From: Candidatus Margulisiibacteriota bacterium
GTDB lineage: Bacteria > Margulisbacteria > Marinamargulisbacteria > JBFWNS01
Length of the DNA stretch: 64,000 bases
NCBI GenBank assembly: GCA_050250935.1
Contig: JBFWNS010000001.1
Coordinates: forward strand, 96,001 to 160,000
Direction: 5' to 3'
Below the pieces are notes generated by a model. That model ran no database searches and was not told the origin of the DNA. It was given only the letters and a program-made list of their open reading frames with translations. A program made the position numbers and the translations under genes. How positions within the stretch are numbered: position 1 is the first letter of the stretch; each line of letters opens with the position of its first letter. This document shows positions 21,801-30,900 of the stretch, in pieces.

Positions 21801-24429
21801 TGCCAGATCGGTTGGACAATTCCAGAAGACTGTTGGGGGAAGGGGTTCCAATACCCACCAGTCCTTGAGACCGGAACGTATTCCCATTGTTTTTGTCTGG
21901 GTCGGACCAAGGTGAACCCGGATTGGGGTTGATGGTGATGGTTGCACTGGGGTTATTGGGATCTCGAACTTGGAAAGAGGTTCCCACAATGGAGCCATTG
22001 ACCACCAACCGTTGGGTTGGGTTTTCGGTCCCAATCCCCACGTTTCCAGAACTGGTAATGACAAAAATGGTAGGGGTTCCTGTTAACGGCGAGCCCACCA
22101 CTTTGAACAAATAAGGCTGCGACACATCAGATACGGTTAAAAGCGCATCGGGCTGTGTGGTGCCAATGCCTACCTTGCCATTCATCACCGCCAGTCTCGC
22201 AGTGCCGGTGTCGGTGGTGCCGATACCCACATTCCCAGAGGTGCTAACTGAAAACGCTTGGGCGCCATCACTGTTGCCCACTGCCCTAAACAAATAGCCG
22301 GTCAATTGATTGCTGGATACTGTAAGCGATGCACTGGCCGTATCGTTGGTCCCAATCCCAACCCCACCAGAAGCCCGAATCAAAAACTGATTGGATCCCG
22401 TCGAGGCAAAAGCGCTGGTACTGGGCGTATAGTCTGCATAGACAAAACTACCATTGTGCAAAGCCTGCGCTTGATAGCCCATGGCATAGCTGTAGGCCCC
22501 TGATGCCACGTTTTGAAAGCCACCAAGGACTGCAGAATAATCGCCTGAAGCTCTGTTTTTATAGCCCCCCAAAACAACCGAATAGCGACCCGAAGCAACT
22601 GGACCATAGCCCATGGCAGTGGAGTAGAGCCCATCGTTGGCATCGTCCCATTCATCACCTTCTACGGTCCCCGCTCTAAAAACTGATTTTGCGGGGTACC
22701 ACATCATACGGGTTCCGGCACCTGTGGCTGGGATGGTTTGAGTGCCATCCAATTGCCCCGAAATGACGATCCCACTATTCCCACTGATTTGCAGATTCGC
22801 ACTGGGGTCTTTAATTCCGACCCCGATTTTATCGCCTTTGAAAACAAAAATGGGCGAACTAAAATCGCTGCCTTTTGAAATAATAAAGGCATCTTGGGTT
22901 TTGGATTCCACCCCAATGGTGAATAAACTTTGACTTCCGATACTAAAGCCAATACCAGCATTTCCAGTGATTGAAGACAACTCCAGAAGGTTTTTAGGAT
23001 CATTGGTTCCAATTCCCACATTGCCCAAATCGTAAAAAATCCGTTGGTTTGTGGTGGAGACGTTGTTTTCCAACAACCAATAGGTGCTGTTGGATAGCGC
23101 CGTTTGCAAAGGTTGGCCATTCAGCGTATAAGCCTTGGCATCCACATTCCCACTGACTTGCAATTTATAAATGGGAGAGGTTGTTCCAATACCCACATTG
23201 GCACTGCCAACATAGAGGATTGAATTTCCCAAGCTATTTTTAACCACCAACAAATCGGCATCCCCGGTTACACCCCGAATGTCCAAACGGGCACTGGGGG
23301 TTGCCGTTCCCAATCCCAAGCGGTTATTGGTAGAGTCCCAAAAGAAATTGTCTGATCCTGTTATGGTTTTGGTATCAGCCCAAAAGACAACCTGGCCCGC
23401 TCGAACAGTAGACGCGGCCCGAAGACCAATCAGAGACTGCCACCCGGTGGTCGTAAACCCTTGAAATTCACCATTGATATATTGCAAAGTCCCCGTTTGT
23501 GCGCCAAGTGCTGCACCAATATGAACCCCGCCATTTACATCCAATCGTTCTTGAGGAGAGGATGTCCCGATCCCCACCTTGCCGGGTGATGTTCCGCGAT
23601 TAAAATAAATATCACCATCTTGGGCCGCTTTTTGCCACAACAACCGTTCTCCCAAATAGTCAGAGAGGGTAACCCCGCCCACCGAGAATCCCGTGGCATT
23701 AACCGTCCCCACCACATCCAACGTATAGCTTGGGGTGGTCGTTCCAATCCCCACCTTTGCATTTCCAGTCGCAAAATAATAGATATCGTTGTTTGTTTTT
23801 TGCCAAATAGAGGTCTGAATATCGGAGCCATTAATTTGATAGCCGGTGGCGTTTACTCTTCCTGCTATATCCAATATGTAGGAACTGGAGGGGGTTGAGG
23901 TTCCAATCCCAATTTTGTTGTTGGTGCTGTCCACATACAACAAACTGGAACCCACTTTTAAATCCCCCAAAATATTGGCGGAGGTGAAAGAGCCTATAAT
24001 TTTTGAGGCATCTAGACTTTTAACTTCGTCAGCCAATCGGGACTGAATCGCGTAGGGGGCCGAAGACAACGGAAAATAGACCGTTGCATAGCCTTCGACA
24101 GTCAATCCTATTCTTGCACCAACTTGATCAAAAATCTGAGACGTTAAGGGAATGGTAAAGGGGGCCCCCAAAATAAAACTACAAGACCCATTCACGAAGA
24201 GCACATTGTAGTTGGAGGTTACCCAGGTGTTTGCCGTGGTGGTAGTCACCCCAGAGGCTGGATAGATTCCTATCGAAACGGTCTTTCTGCCTTCCAAAAG
24301 TCCCCCAGTTTGGGAGGACAGGGTTGCTTGAAAAATAACGTTTAAGGGGGCTGCGGCAAATAGGGGTTTGGCCCCTACGCAAAACAGGCTCATTATTATC
24401 GCAACCAGTACCAGTTTAAAAGTCTTCAT
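15850..24429 (-). CDS. Giant secreted fibre/adhesin A (2859 aa): GIGT repeats, YadA-head-like repeats, C-terminal Peptidase-G2-like chaperone and coiled coil
   Basis: Signal peptide; about 20 exact (V/I)GIGT motifs by manual count; ASGxYS repeats; GADYAEY...GQVPVKV.G...GDYL; heptad tail. Confidence 0.85.
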   Translation of the reverse strand: MKTFKLVLVAIIMSLFCVGAKPLFAAAPLNVIFQATLSSQTGGLLEGRKTVSIGIYPASGVTTTTANTWVTSNYNVLFVNGSCSFILGAPFTIPLTSQIFDQVGARIGLTVEGYATVYFPLSSAPYAIQSRLADEVKSLDASKIIGSFTSANILGDLKVGSSLLYVDSTNNKIGIGTSTPSSSYILDIAGRVNATGYQINGSDIQTSIWQKTNNDIYYFATGNAKVGIGTTTPSYTLDVVGTVNATGFSVGGVTLSDYLGERLLWQKAAQDGDIYFNRGTSPGKVGIGTSSPQERLDVNGGVHIGAALGAQTGTLQYINGEFQGFTTTGWQSLIGLRAASTVRAGQVVFWADTKTITGSDNFFWDSTNNRLGLGTATPSARLDIRGVTGDADLLVVKNSLGNSILYVGSANVGIGTTSPIYKLQVSGNVDAKAYTLNGQPLQTALSNSTYWLLENNVSTTNQRIFYDLGNVGIGTNDPKNLLELSSITGNAGIGFSIGSQSLFTIGVESKTQDAFIISKGSDFSSPIFVFKGDKIGVGIKDPSANLQISGNSGIVISGQLDGTQTIPATGAGTRMMWYPAKSVFRAGTVEGDEWDDANDGLYSTAMGYGPVASGRYSVVLGGYKNRASGDYSAVLGGFQNVASGAYSYAMGYQAQALHNGSFVYADYTPSTSAFASTGSNQFLIRASGGVGIGTNDTASASLTVSSNQLTGYLFRAVGNSDGAQAFSVSTSGNVGIGTTDTGTARLAVMNGKVGIGTTQPDALLTVSDVSQPYLFKVVGSPLTGTPTIFVITSSGNVGIGTENPTQRLVVNGSIVGTSFQVRDPNNPSATITINPNPGSPWSDPDKNNGNTFRSQGLVGIGTPSPNSLLELSNRSGNDAMLTFDISGTKRYSMGVTSNLFVIKPGGNPITSGSPTVVMSDTGVGIGLGFATPSANLHVSGNTILSGKVAIGTTNVSSSYPVLVDGSLSVNSLYIADQQFIPRDTPWRTNGLNIYYSSGNVGIGTSLPQTPLEVNGTISANTLILARNFDLQGFLTTDYLNLKDIAVTTSPSVFGKLFVSTGNLEYTDPSGNTKIISSPLQRGTGNTGALAFWVDSSTLAQTSINVDIANSKLDLGGSMVINNTFSENNGLTVTNSVSMVPTQPFRIDSRLNHQGLLTSVRDFHAQDINVSIDQNWGNTSKVVSVRGMNISMGQTSGLFLNNAAAVGLYVDVTNIETDTTGFKAAAVFQGGPVGIGLTNPRADLEVNGTVSANFFNLSGGLNVPNLIVGTNTLVAKADVQGNPLVGIGVTTPNFPLEVAGLVSMNSLVVQQGITATTMNINNGSFYLDATGNIGIGTTLPNGQIEISKTFSAAASSNFTSEKIGITVDGAAPNSNFFFDKNITGLDVNIRSTSPVNMIAAGKQAVGINVDMSSAVLQSNSVGTGLNVNVSGTTGTRYAALFNGGYVGIGTTTPQAELHVSGNIIADNLFLQGTLSAGTVTFNSLYVTGTTSVNGTVTINSLVVTDTLTANVLALNNALTAPSATFGSLVAGTVSVNSVLKVSNLVVTQNFSGSSATFSGGIGIGIATAPTTGITVSGNVTANSMVVVGQLNATNATVNINSNTLFIPSATANVGIGTSQPYSKLHIAKTTASSFLARSTDTWGLLRIQTAQSALNTAAGIVMIPDSVVTTSSVGSGIAAVRSNAVSNTPGSHLVFITDPEDSTPVERMRITSEGLVGIGTTQPATQLDVNGDMTVGTTLNVTTALVTPLFYGASGVTVDTGTGVLTVQGATSHNSDVMVGGSVLLKKSTTTPATVSNYGIVYVTPTGNLAFVSPAGAQSDITFVGVPGRIPFFDASQSLSSAANLFWDTSAQKLTIGTPNALTTMEIVSTLDNTTVGTVDADKISMYITNRTTASSSTFTGLNINFASTPLESADPNNFGRLGNGETATGVKVNLSNLSARYTTAEAASASKQGYKYSALFLGGNVGVGTTQPDATFHVINETPGLAVVRIDGNSSTSTNYFVVTSNGYVGVGVANPSAQFAIKSSSSTSTFGVLDVQNNSGTSVLFAQNNGQVGIGTTVPSANLHVVGTFRADSSSVSNVLVVSANGLVGVKTGSPTALLHVNGPFLVDVGSTTNALLVTANGVGIGTATVNYALNVRDKIQLGANYSGSVASWITDSTTKGYLVRNGSESAFFGLRARSATEYDSVLNWGGSANSALRFNYWNGTSSTNVMTVSSNGTVGIGTTVPAAALHIVSAATPLWVGSSTTPDMLVVSANGYVGIGTSLPTTPLTVAGSISARQLDISSGQIDVTTLNVSQLLNVATTLNVAPAAGATYNAQTVRLGFGADIGSGDLIGMNINVASLPIGNGLSGNWAVYNNAAAYGLKVDVTGVDARAGDNSGIGGNKYAALFKGGYVGIGTTQPTTALEVQGTVGGDLARFGSGSTFGGDLTIRDYGSGTMGFRMRDLGDPNTVYDTLFMARDKVGIGTSTPQNALVVNGDVRVGIIRESASSGTAGNGDKLFFSGGPILNTGYGSDNNTQLWISRYNVSNGVSELRVNIATSNTSFSNTFSVGYTNTGTFTPVLDVYPVSKNVAIMGSGISSFVPKTTLHIKASTAGDSSVSANHAVIIENTGGNTADSLAIMHTGLASVGTDSNFITFMNNSSVLGEIEGNGSSGVRYKTTGADYAEYLYKETASDTFEKGDIVGVTNGKISKNTQGVQQVMVKSSGASVAGNWPGKDKMKLVELISFFGQVPVKVRGVVHAGDYLVPSGYNDGTAVAVSPDHISPAVALIVGRAWTSSNKEEVKLINTAVGFNFSMPPLQKTLTTVEQVQKDVASLHQERDEIVKRFNDRLDKQNQDIEQLMSELNTISQARATAKTQ

Positions 24430-24459
24430 GGTTTAGCCTTGTTTCGGTCATTTTCTGTG

Positions 24460-24486
24460 TAATCGTGAACCACAGTCTAAAACTTG
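24460..24486 (-). promoter_or_regulatory. sigma28-like promoter candidate of fibre A
   Basis: CAAGTTTT-N11-CACGATTA, 30 nt before the ATG at 24429. Confidence 0.65.
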
Positions 24487-24488
24487 CA

Positions 24489-25094
24489 TTAAAATATCCA
24501 TCTTAAAATCGGACTCATGACTGTGCCAGCCAAGGTTGAAAAAATCCCCAAGTAGGCCAGTAAAAAAACCAATACCATACCATAGGGCTCTAACTTTTCA
24601 TATTGCCTGCGCCACGCCCAGGGCAAGAAGTAGGCCACAATGCGGGACCCATCCAAAGGCGGGATCGGAAATAGGTTAAAAAGCCCAAGCCAAATATTCA
24701 CCACAACACCGGTTGCCACACACTCTTGTAGGATGGGGCTGGACTGTACTATTCCCCATTTCCAAAACAATCCAAACACAGCAGCTTGGGTAAAGTTGCT
24801 TAAAGGGCCAGCCAAAGCCACCCACATCATGTCCCGATACGGATTGTGAAAATAGCGCATGTTAACGGGAACAGGTTTGGCCCATCCCATAAAAAACGGG
24901 GTCCCCGATACCAGACAGATCAAGGGCACCACAATGGAACCCAAGACATCGATGTGGGGAATGGGATTTAAAGTGATTCGACCCAATGCCTTAGCCGTGG
25001 GATCGCCAAACCGATTCGCCACCACCCCATGCGCAACTTCGTGGATGATGATGGACAGCATTAAAATGGCAAAACGCAGGCTAAATAGAATCAT
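24489..25094 (-). CDS. Site-2 protease (M50) family membrane metalloprotease
   Basis: HEVAH, GDPTAK..GR.TLNP, GWAKPVP, NLFPIPPLDG. Confidence 0.94.
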   Translation of the reverse strand: MILFSLRFAILMLSIIIHEVAHGVVANRFGDPTAKALGRITLNPIPHIDVLGSIVVPLICLVSGTPFFMGWAKPVPVNMRYFHNPYRDMMWVALAGPLSNFTQAAVFGLFWKWGIVQSSPILQECVATGVVVNIWLGLFNLFPIPPLDGSRIVAYFLPWAWRRQYEKLEPYGMVLVFLLAYLGIFSTLAGTVMSPILRWIF

Positions 25095-25929
25095 GGTTGG
25101 CCCTTGGGTGTGCAGTCAGATAAAGGGATTTTAGGCGGGATTTGGACACAGACGTGTATCGTTCGGTGGTCGAGACATTGGCATGACCCAGCAACCGCTG
25201 AACGGCCAATAAATCGGCGTTGTTGTCCAACAGGTGGGTTGCAAAGGAATGCCGCAAATCGTGGGGGCTCATGGCAATCCCATTGTTTTTGAAACACCGA
25301 ACCACCCGCCGATAGAGGGTTTGCCGGCTGATAGGAAGTCCTTGGGCATTGGCAAAAAGCCATTTTCCACGCCGAGATTCTGTCGTTTGACTGTAGGCCT
25401 TCAGGGTTTCTAAAGCCAGGGCGCCCAAAGGCAGGAGTCGTTCTTTTTGACCTTTGCCCAACACACACAGGGTTTCGTTTTCCCAATTGACATCGTCCCA
25501 ACGCAGAGCAACAGTTTCGGACAATCTCAAGCCGCAACCATACATTAATTCGATGGCAGCTCGATCTTGCAAGGACAGGTTCAAGTTTAGGACTGAATCG
25601 ATCGACTGAACACCCAAGGCCCTGGGCAGGGTTTTGGGAATCTTGGGCAACACCGCTCCCACCGTTATGGGGCTGGAAATCCATTGCTCTTGGTGCAGGA
25701 AGTTCAAAAACGTTTGAATGGCGCTCAGTTTGCGTTGCAAGGTCGCTGGCCCATAGCCACGGCGAAACAGCTGGGCAATGGCGTCCTTACAACGGGTCTC
25801 ATCCCAGGGTTCTCCCAGGTGGGCTATCAGTTGGGAAATGTCGGTTTGATAGGCCAAAAGGGTATGTTTAGACACCCCTTGCTCGGTTTCTAGGCCTTGA
25901 AGATAGTGGGTTAAGGCCTCTTTTAACAT
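25081..25929 (-). CDS. xerD: Tyrosine recombinase XerD/XerC
   Basis: GLRLSE, GKG.KER, HDLRHSFATHLL, LLGH...TT..Y; nudF-xerD synteny. Confidence 0.82.
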   Translation of the reverse strand: MLKEALTHYLQGLETEQGVSKHTLLAYQTDISQLIAHLGEPWDETRCKDAIAQLFRRGYGPATLQRKLSAIQTFLNFLHQEQWISSPITVGAVLPKIPKTLPRALGVQSIDSVLNLNLSLQDRAAIELMYGCGLRLSETVALRWDDVNWENETLCVLGKGQKERLLPLGALALETLKAYSQTTESRRGKWLFANAQGLPISRQTLYRRVVRCFKNNGIAMSPHDLRHSFATHLLDNNADLLAVQRLLGHANVSTTERYTSVSKSRLKSLYLTAHPRANHDSI

Positions 25930-26459
25930 GGTGCGTTTAACCGGTCTTTGGCCACAAAATAAGCCAAAATGGTTTTGATATCGATGAGCTCGCCACTGGC
26001 TAGCTTTTGACCCATCTGGTCTAGAGTCCAGGCATGAACTTGAACCAACTCGTCTTCATCAAGGTGTTGGGCGCCTGAAACCAATCCTTTGGCCAAGAAA
26101 AAAAAGAGCTCTTCATTGCAAAATCCAGGGGTTGGGAACCCAGAAAACAACGGTTGCCAATCCAAAGCGGTAAAGCCGGTTTCTTCGGCCAATTCTCGCT
26201 TTGCAGCCGACATGGGTTCTTCGCCAGGGTTAATAAGACCAGCTGGCACTTCGAAGAGCTGCCGGCCCAGCGGGGTTCGAAACTGCTCGACAACGATAAT
26301 CTCGGTTTTGGAGGGCATGGCAATGACCACCACAGCCGGTGCATGATCGATGATTTCTCGGGTTGCAATAACACCTGTTTCCAGTTCGATCCAATCTCGC
26401 CGGAGGTGGACAATTCGGCCTGAAAATAGGGATTCTGTATGCAGGGTTTTTTCTGTCAT
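25923..26459 (-). CDS. nudF: ADP-ribose pyrophosphatase (NUDIX)
   Basis: REIIDH, QFR, EVPAG, Nudix box AAKRELAEETG, PGFCNE; start reset to MTEKT. Confidence 0.88.
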   Translation of the reverse strand: MTEKTLHTESLFSGRIVHLRRDWIELETGVIATREIIDHAPAVVVIAMPSKTEIIVVEQFRTPLGRQLFEVPAGLINPGEEPMSAAKRELAEETGFTALDWQPLFSGFPTPGFCNEELFFFLAKGLVSGAQHLDEDELVQVHAWTLDQMGQKLASGELIDIKTILAYFVAKDRLNAPC

Positions 26460-26532
26460 TGAAGTACCCTTTGTTGTACCACGATTTTTGTTTCTTGTGT
26501 ATTCGGGTGCAAATTGCCTACAATGCCAGACC

Positions 26533-27462
26533 ATGAATATTCTTGTTGCTGGTGGCGCTGGTTTTATCGGCAGTCATTTAACCCATCATCTTTTAAACGC
26601 CGGACATCGGGTTTATTGCCTCGACAATTTGGTTACCGGCCAACAGCGCAATGTGGACCCTTTTAAGGCCAACCCCAACTTTCATTTTTTACACGAAGAT
26701 GTCACCACCCCCCTTAAGCTGTCTGTGGATTTGATTTACAGCTTTGCTTGCCCTGCCTCGCCACCCAACTATCAAAAAGATCCCATTCAAACCGCCAAGA
26801 CTTCGTTTTTGGGGACCTTGAATCTCTTGGAATTGGCCAAAAAAAATCAGGCCAGATTGATCCAAGCGTCGACCTCCGAAGTGTATGGAGACCCCCTTCA
26901 ACACCCTCAAACCGAAGCCTATTGGGGCAATGTCAATCCGATTGGGATTCGGAGTTGCTATGATGAAGGCAAGCGAATCGCCGAAACCCTGTGTTTTGAT
27001 TTTAAGCGTCTCTTTAACACCCGAGTTCAGGTGATTCGAATTTTTAATACCTATGGCCCCAACATGGACCCCAAAGATGGCCGGGTGGTTAGTAATTTTA
27101 TTAACCAAGCCTTGGTTGGAGACCCCTTAACGTTGTATGGCAATGGGGAACAAACCCGGTCTTTTTGTTATGTTGACGACCTTGTGGCTGGGATTTTTGC
27201 CCTGGATCGTCACCCCGAGTTTACTGGCCCTGTGAATCTAGGAAATCCCCACGAATTTACGGTGAAAGCCTTGGCAGAAGCCGTCCTTCGTCTGACCCAA
27301 AGTACATCTGAATGCCAGTACTTACCCCTTCCCCAAGACGACCCCAAATGCCGGAAACCCAATATTGATTTGGCCCGATCCGTTTTGGGTTGGGAACCCC
27401 AGATTTCGCTGGAAGCCGGACTCCACAAAACCATTACCTATTTTAGGCAATTATTGGGCTAG
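26533..27462 (+). CDS. UDP-glucuronate decarboxylase (UDP-xylose synthase)-like SDR
   Basis: GGAGFIG, ACPASP, ASTSEVYGDP, YWGNVNPIG.RSCYDEGKR, RIFNTYGP, QTRSFCY. Confidence 0.94.
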   Translation: MNILVAGGAGFIGSHLTHHLLNAGHRVYCLDNLVTGQQRNVDPFKANPNFHFLHEDVTTPLKLSVDLIYSFACPASPPNYQKDPIQTAKTSFLGTLNLLELAKKNQARLIQASTSEVYGDPLQHPQTEAYWGNVNPIGIRSCYDEGKRIAETLCFDFKRLFNTRVQVIRIFNTYGPNMDPKDGRVVSNFINQALVGDPLTLYGNGEQTRSFCYVDDLVAGIFALDRHPEFTGPVNLGNPHEFTVKALAEAVLRLTQSTSECQYLPLPQDDPKCRKPNIDLARSVLGWEPQISLEAGLHKTITYFRQLLG

Positions 27463-27923
27463 ATATAAAACATTGCCGGTTTACACTCGGCTTGGGCTTT
27501 GAGCTTTTTTTCTTTGTCCAAGATATCCAAAATGGTGTAACGGTCCAAGATCCCCGAAACACTGTCCCGAACTTCGGCCAAAATACATTTTAAGCCACAA
27601 GCCTCGACATTTTTGCACTCCTGACAGGGCATATAAGCCATTTTGCTGACACAAGGGGCCAACGCCAAAGGGCCAGACAACAACCGAATGACACGCCCCA
27701 GGGTGATGTCTGCAGGCGCCATTTTAAGAAAATATCCGCCCCCAGCCCCTTTTTTGCTTTCTAAAATTCCATTGTTTTTAAGTTCCAATAAAATGAGCTC
27801 TAAAAATTTTTTGGGAATCTGGGTTTGGGTTGCGATGGCGGCAATTAATTGTGGCTCGCCTTCGGGAAGTTTTGCCAAATACACCAAGGCATTGAGGGCA
27901 TACTTTGTTTTTTTCGAGAGCAT
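27459..27923 (-). CDS. Rrf2 family transcriptional regulator with Cys-rich C-terminal half
   Basis: KYAL, IP.KFLE.IL, S.KG.GGGY.L, CVS...C.EC.....C. Confidence 0.93.
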   Translation of the reverse strand: MLSKKTKYALNALVYLAKLPEGEPQLIAAIATQTQIPKKFLELILLELKNNGILESKKGAGGGYFLKMAPADITLGRVIRLLSGPLALAPCVSKMAYMPCQECKNVEACGLKCILAEVRDSVSGILDRYTILDILDKEKKLKAQAECKPAMFYI

Positions 27924-27924
27924 T

Positions 27925-30900
27925 CTAGCTGCGTTTTAGGCGTTGAACTTGAGCCCGAAGCTGCTCAATTTTTTGCTGACGGTCATCCAATATTTTTTGG
28001 TAGTCCAGTTCCATTTTTTGATTGGCTTGCCGCATGGATTGGGCTTCGTCTCTTAGGGCTTCAACCAAGGCCCCTTGTTCCACCACAGAGATGGCCCCAT
28101 GAGGGAAGCCCACCATGGCTTTGACCTCGTGAACACCTTGCCCGCTTTGGGCCATCATCGCACGACCTAAAATTTTGTCGACTGTGCTAGAGGTTACAGC
28201 CCTGGGGGAAATAGCAATGGCGATTCCGTCGTTTAATCCCGAGGGAATCAGATAGTCTCCGGGTTGAACAATCCCTTTCACTTTAATGGCCACTTGTCCC
28301 AAAAAGGCAACCAAACCGTAATTGGACTCCTGACCTGCAGGGGGTTTGTTCCCTGCAATAATCGGGGTAGAACTGATGACCATCAGGGTATCAGCCCCAT
28401 CCGTTTTTCGGGATATTTTTCCGCCAAAAATGCCCACAACCTCTGCTTTTTGGATGGCTTCGGTTGCATCGACTTTGGGCAAATACTCGGCGTAGTCCGC
28501 TTCCGGAGAGGTAAATTGAACCCCGCCATCCGAGTTTCCTTCGACCGATCCCAACTGGGTTAGGGCTGCCGATGTTGTCCCGCTTAAGAAGGTAATAAAA
28601 TTGGAATCTGAGGACCTTGTGGTTACCCCCGTATTGGAAAATACGATGGCCAGAGAATTGGCATTGGTTGCTGCACTGGTGTTTTCGATGACCATTAGAT
28701 TACCCTCCCGCACATCCGCAAGAGCTGTACTGATTCTATGTTTATTGCCATATACATGTAAGGGGGCCATGGTTTGATTGGGGGACCCTATGCCGATCCC
28801 CGCAACAGTTGTAAAGGCTGGTGGGGCCCCGTCTGGAACCACCGCAGGCACACCGCCAACATTCACATTGAATGCTTCTGTCCAGGCACCTGCTGTGGTG
28901 TAGCCAACTGCAAATTTTGAGCCTGGCGCTGTAGACCCGCCGAGGTTGTCTTCTCCGATATTCACCCGAAGTGCCGAAACCCCAGAAGAGGCATTGTATC
29001 TGCCCATAAACAAATCGTCGCCATTGTCGCTGTCGAAATTTTGGGCGCTGATGCGGTTATAGCTGTTGGTTTTGGTTAACAGGGGATGGCCACCCGAGAA
29101 AAAGATCTTGTTGCCATACCTTCCCGACGTTTCTGTGGCACCGGTGGTATTGCTCGTAACACCGATCTGTACAGCCCCAGCTACCAGCAATGTCCCCGTA
29201 TTTTTGGTACTGGTATTCACAAAATCCCCTTTGGCAATATTTAGCCCTACGGTCCCCACATAGGCGGTATTTTCTGTAACCCCTGTGGTAACATTGCCTG
29301 TCGAAAAATACAGGCTATAGGTACTACCAACCTCATCATTGTTCTCTAAAACTCTAAACCCAATATTAAACGCGGCAGGCTCTACACCCCTAACTGCAAA
29401 AGAAAAAGAAGGGGTCGAAGGGGCAGTCAGTTTAAGCATGGTGGCAAAGTTCTGAACATTAATCCAATCATCCCCAGACCCGCCTTCTCTATCCATGGTG
29501 AAAACACTTAAGGGAATATCCGCCGTTGGTAAAGAACTGGGCCCACCAATCACCACATTGCCAAGGAAAGACGCAGCATAAGCTTTACCCGCCGTGTTGG
29601 GATCCCCAGGCTTGATTCGGCTAGGGGGCAAGATGGTATTAACATCCGTAACATCCACATACAAACCAATGGCACGTGCTGCTGATGCATTTAAATCATG
29701 AGTTCCATCGTACATGCTTAAATTAAGACCTCCCAATGCCAGGGTACTTCCCGAAATATTGGCACTAACCATCACTTTATTGCTGGCTGCAATCACAGGA
29801 TTTGTAAAGATTAGGCCACCCAGCCCTTCTGCTGCCAAACTAATGTTGCGGGACACCCTAAAATGCTCTCCGGGTCCGCTGACACTGGTCACATTAACCG
29901 TTGAAGCAGACAACAGGGTTCCCTGAGTATGCTCGACCACTTTGGTTGCCGTCAAAATGCCGCCAACGGTTAACAACGCAGTTGGATTGGCTGTGGAAAC
30001 CCCCACAAACCCATTTCGGCTGACCACCAAACTGGTGGTGCCAGACTGAAGGGCCAATAGCGGAGGCACGGTTGCCGATGTTCCTTGAATTGTGACCGTT
30101 GCCGAAGGCGCAGCACCAGCCAAACTGACTTGGCCTGACGCATTCATTCGTAACAATTCCGTTGTGCCATAGCTAAAGACCATGGAATCGGCAGTATTTG
30201 TACTTCCTCCAAAATAGTATTCCGCCTTTCGTGCTATTGTACCGGGCAGTGGGGTCATAAGCCCCCAAAAGCCCAGGGAGTCGCCAACACTGCTTAGGTA
30301 TCCCAGTATCTTATTTTGATCTTCGGTCTCAGCAATCACGGCTGATTCGAAAGTACCTACCCCTGCGTCGCCACTGACCACCAATCCCATGCCAACCACG
30401 GGGGTTGTTCGAATGGCCGCCCACCCGTTGTTTGTGACCACAAATTCCCCGGATGGCCCCGCCACAAAGGTGCCCAGTGTTGCATTCGAGGTTACGACAT
30501 GCAATGTTGCTTGTGGCTGTGTTGTGCCCACCCCAACCTGACCTGTTGCTGTTACAAATAGGGGACTCGTGGAGAGTAAAAGGGTTTGATTACCAGAAAC
30601 ATGAAGACTGGCTTGAGGCGAGGTTGTTCCAAGTCCCACTTTATCGGTTGCGTTTAATAGTGGAAGCCCTGTGCTGTCGGTTAAAGCCAGCAGAGAATCG
30701 CCATCAGCGCCTAGCCCTTTGAGCGTTACCTGGCTGCTTAAATTGGTACTAACACCAAAACCGATATACCCCACATTGTTAATGGCCATTGCGTTTCGGG
30801 TAACGCCATCACTACCAACGGCATAGGCTTGGACCACAGAATAGGTTGGGTTTACGGCTGTGATATGAACATTGCCCGATGGCAATGAATTGCCAATGCC

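Noticed and set aside
25081..25929. Tyrosine recombinase between the two fibre genes as an island integrase or shufflon invertase
   Set aside because: It has XerC/D-type motifs and the chromosomal nudF-xerD-S2P context; no att sites or inverted recombination repeats were noticed.
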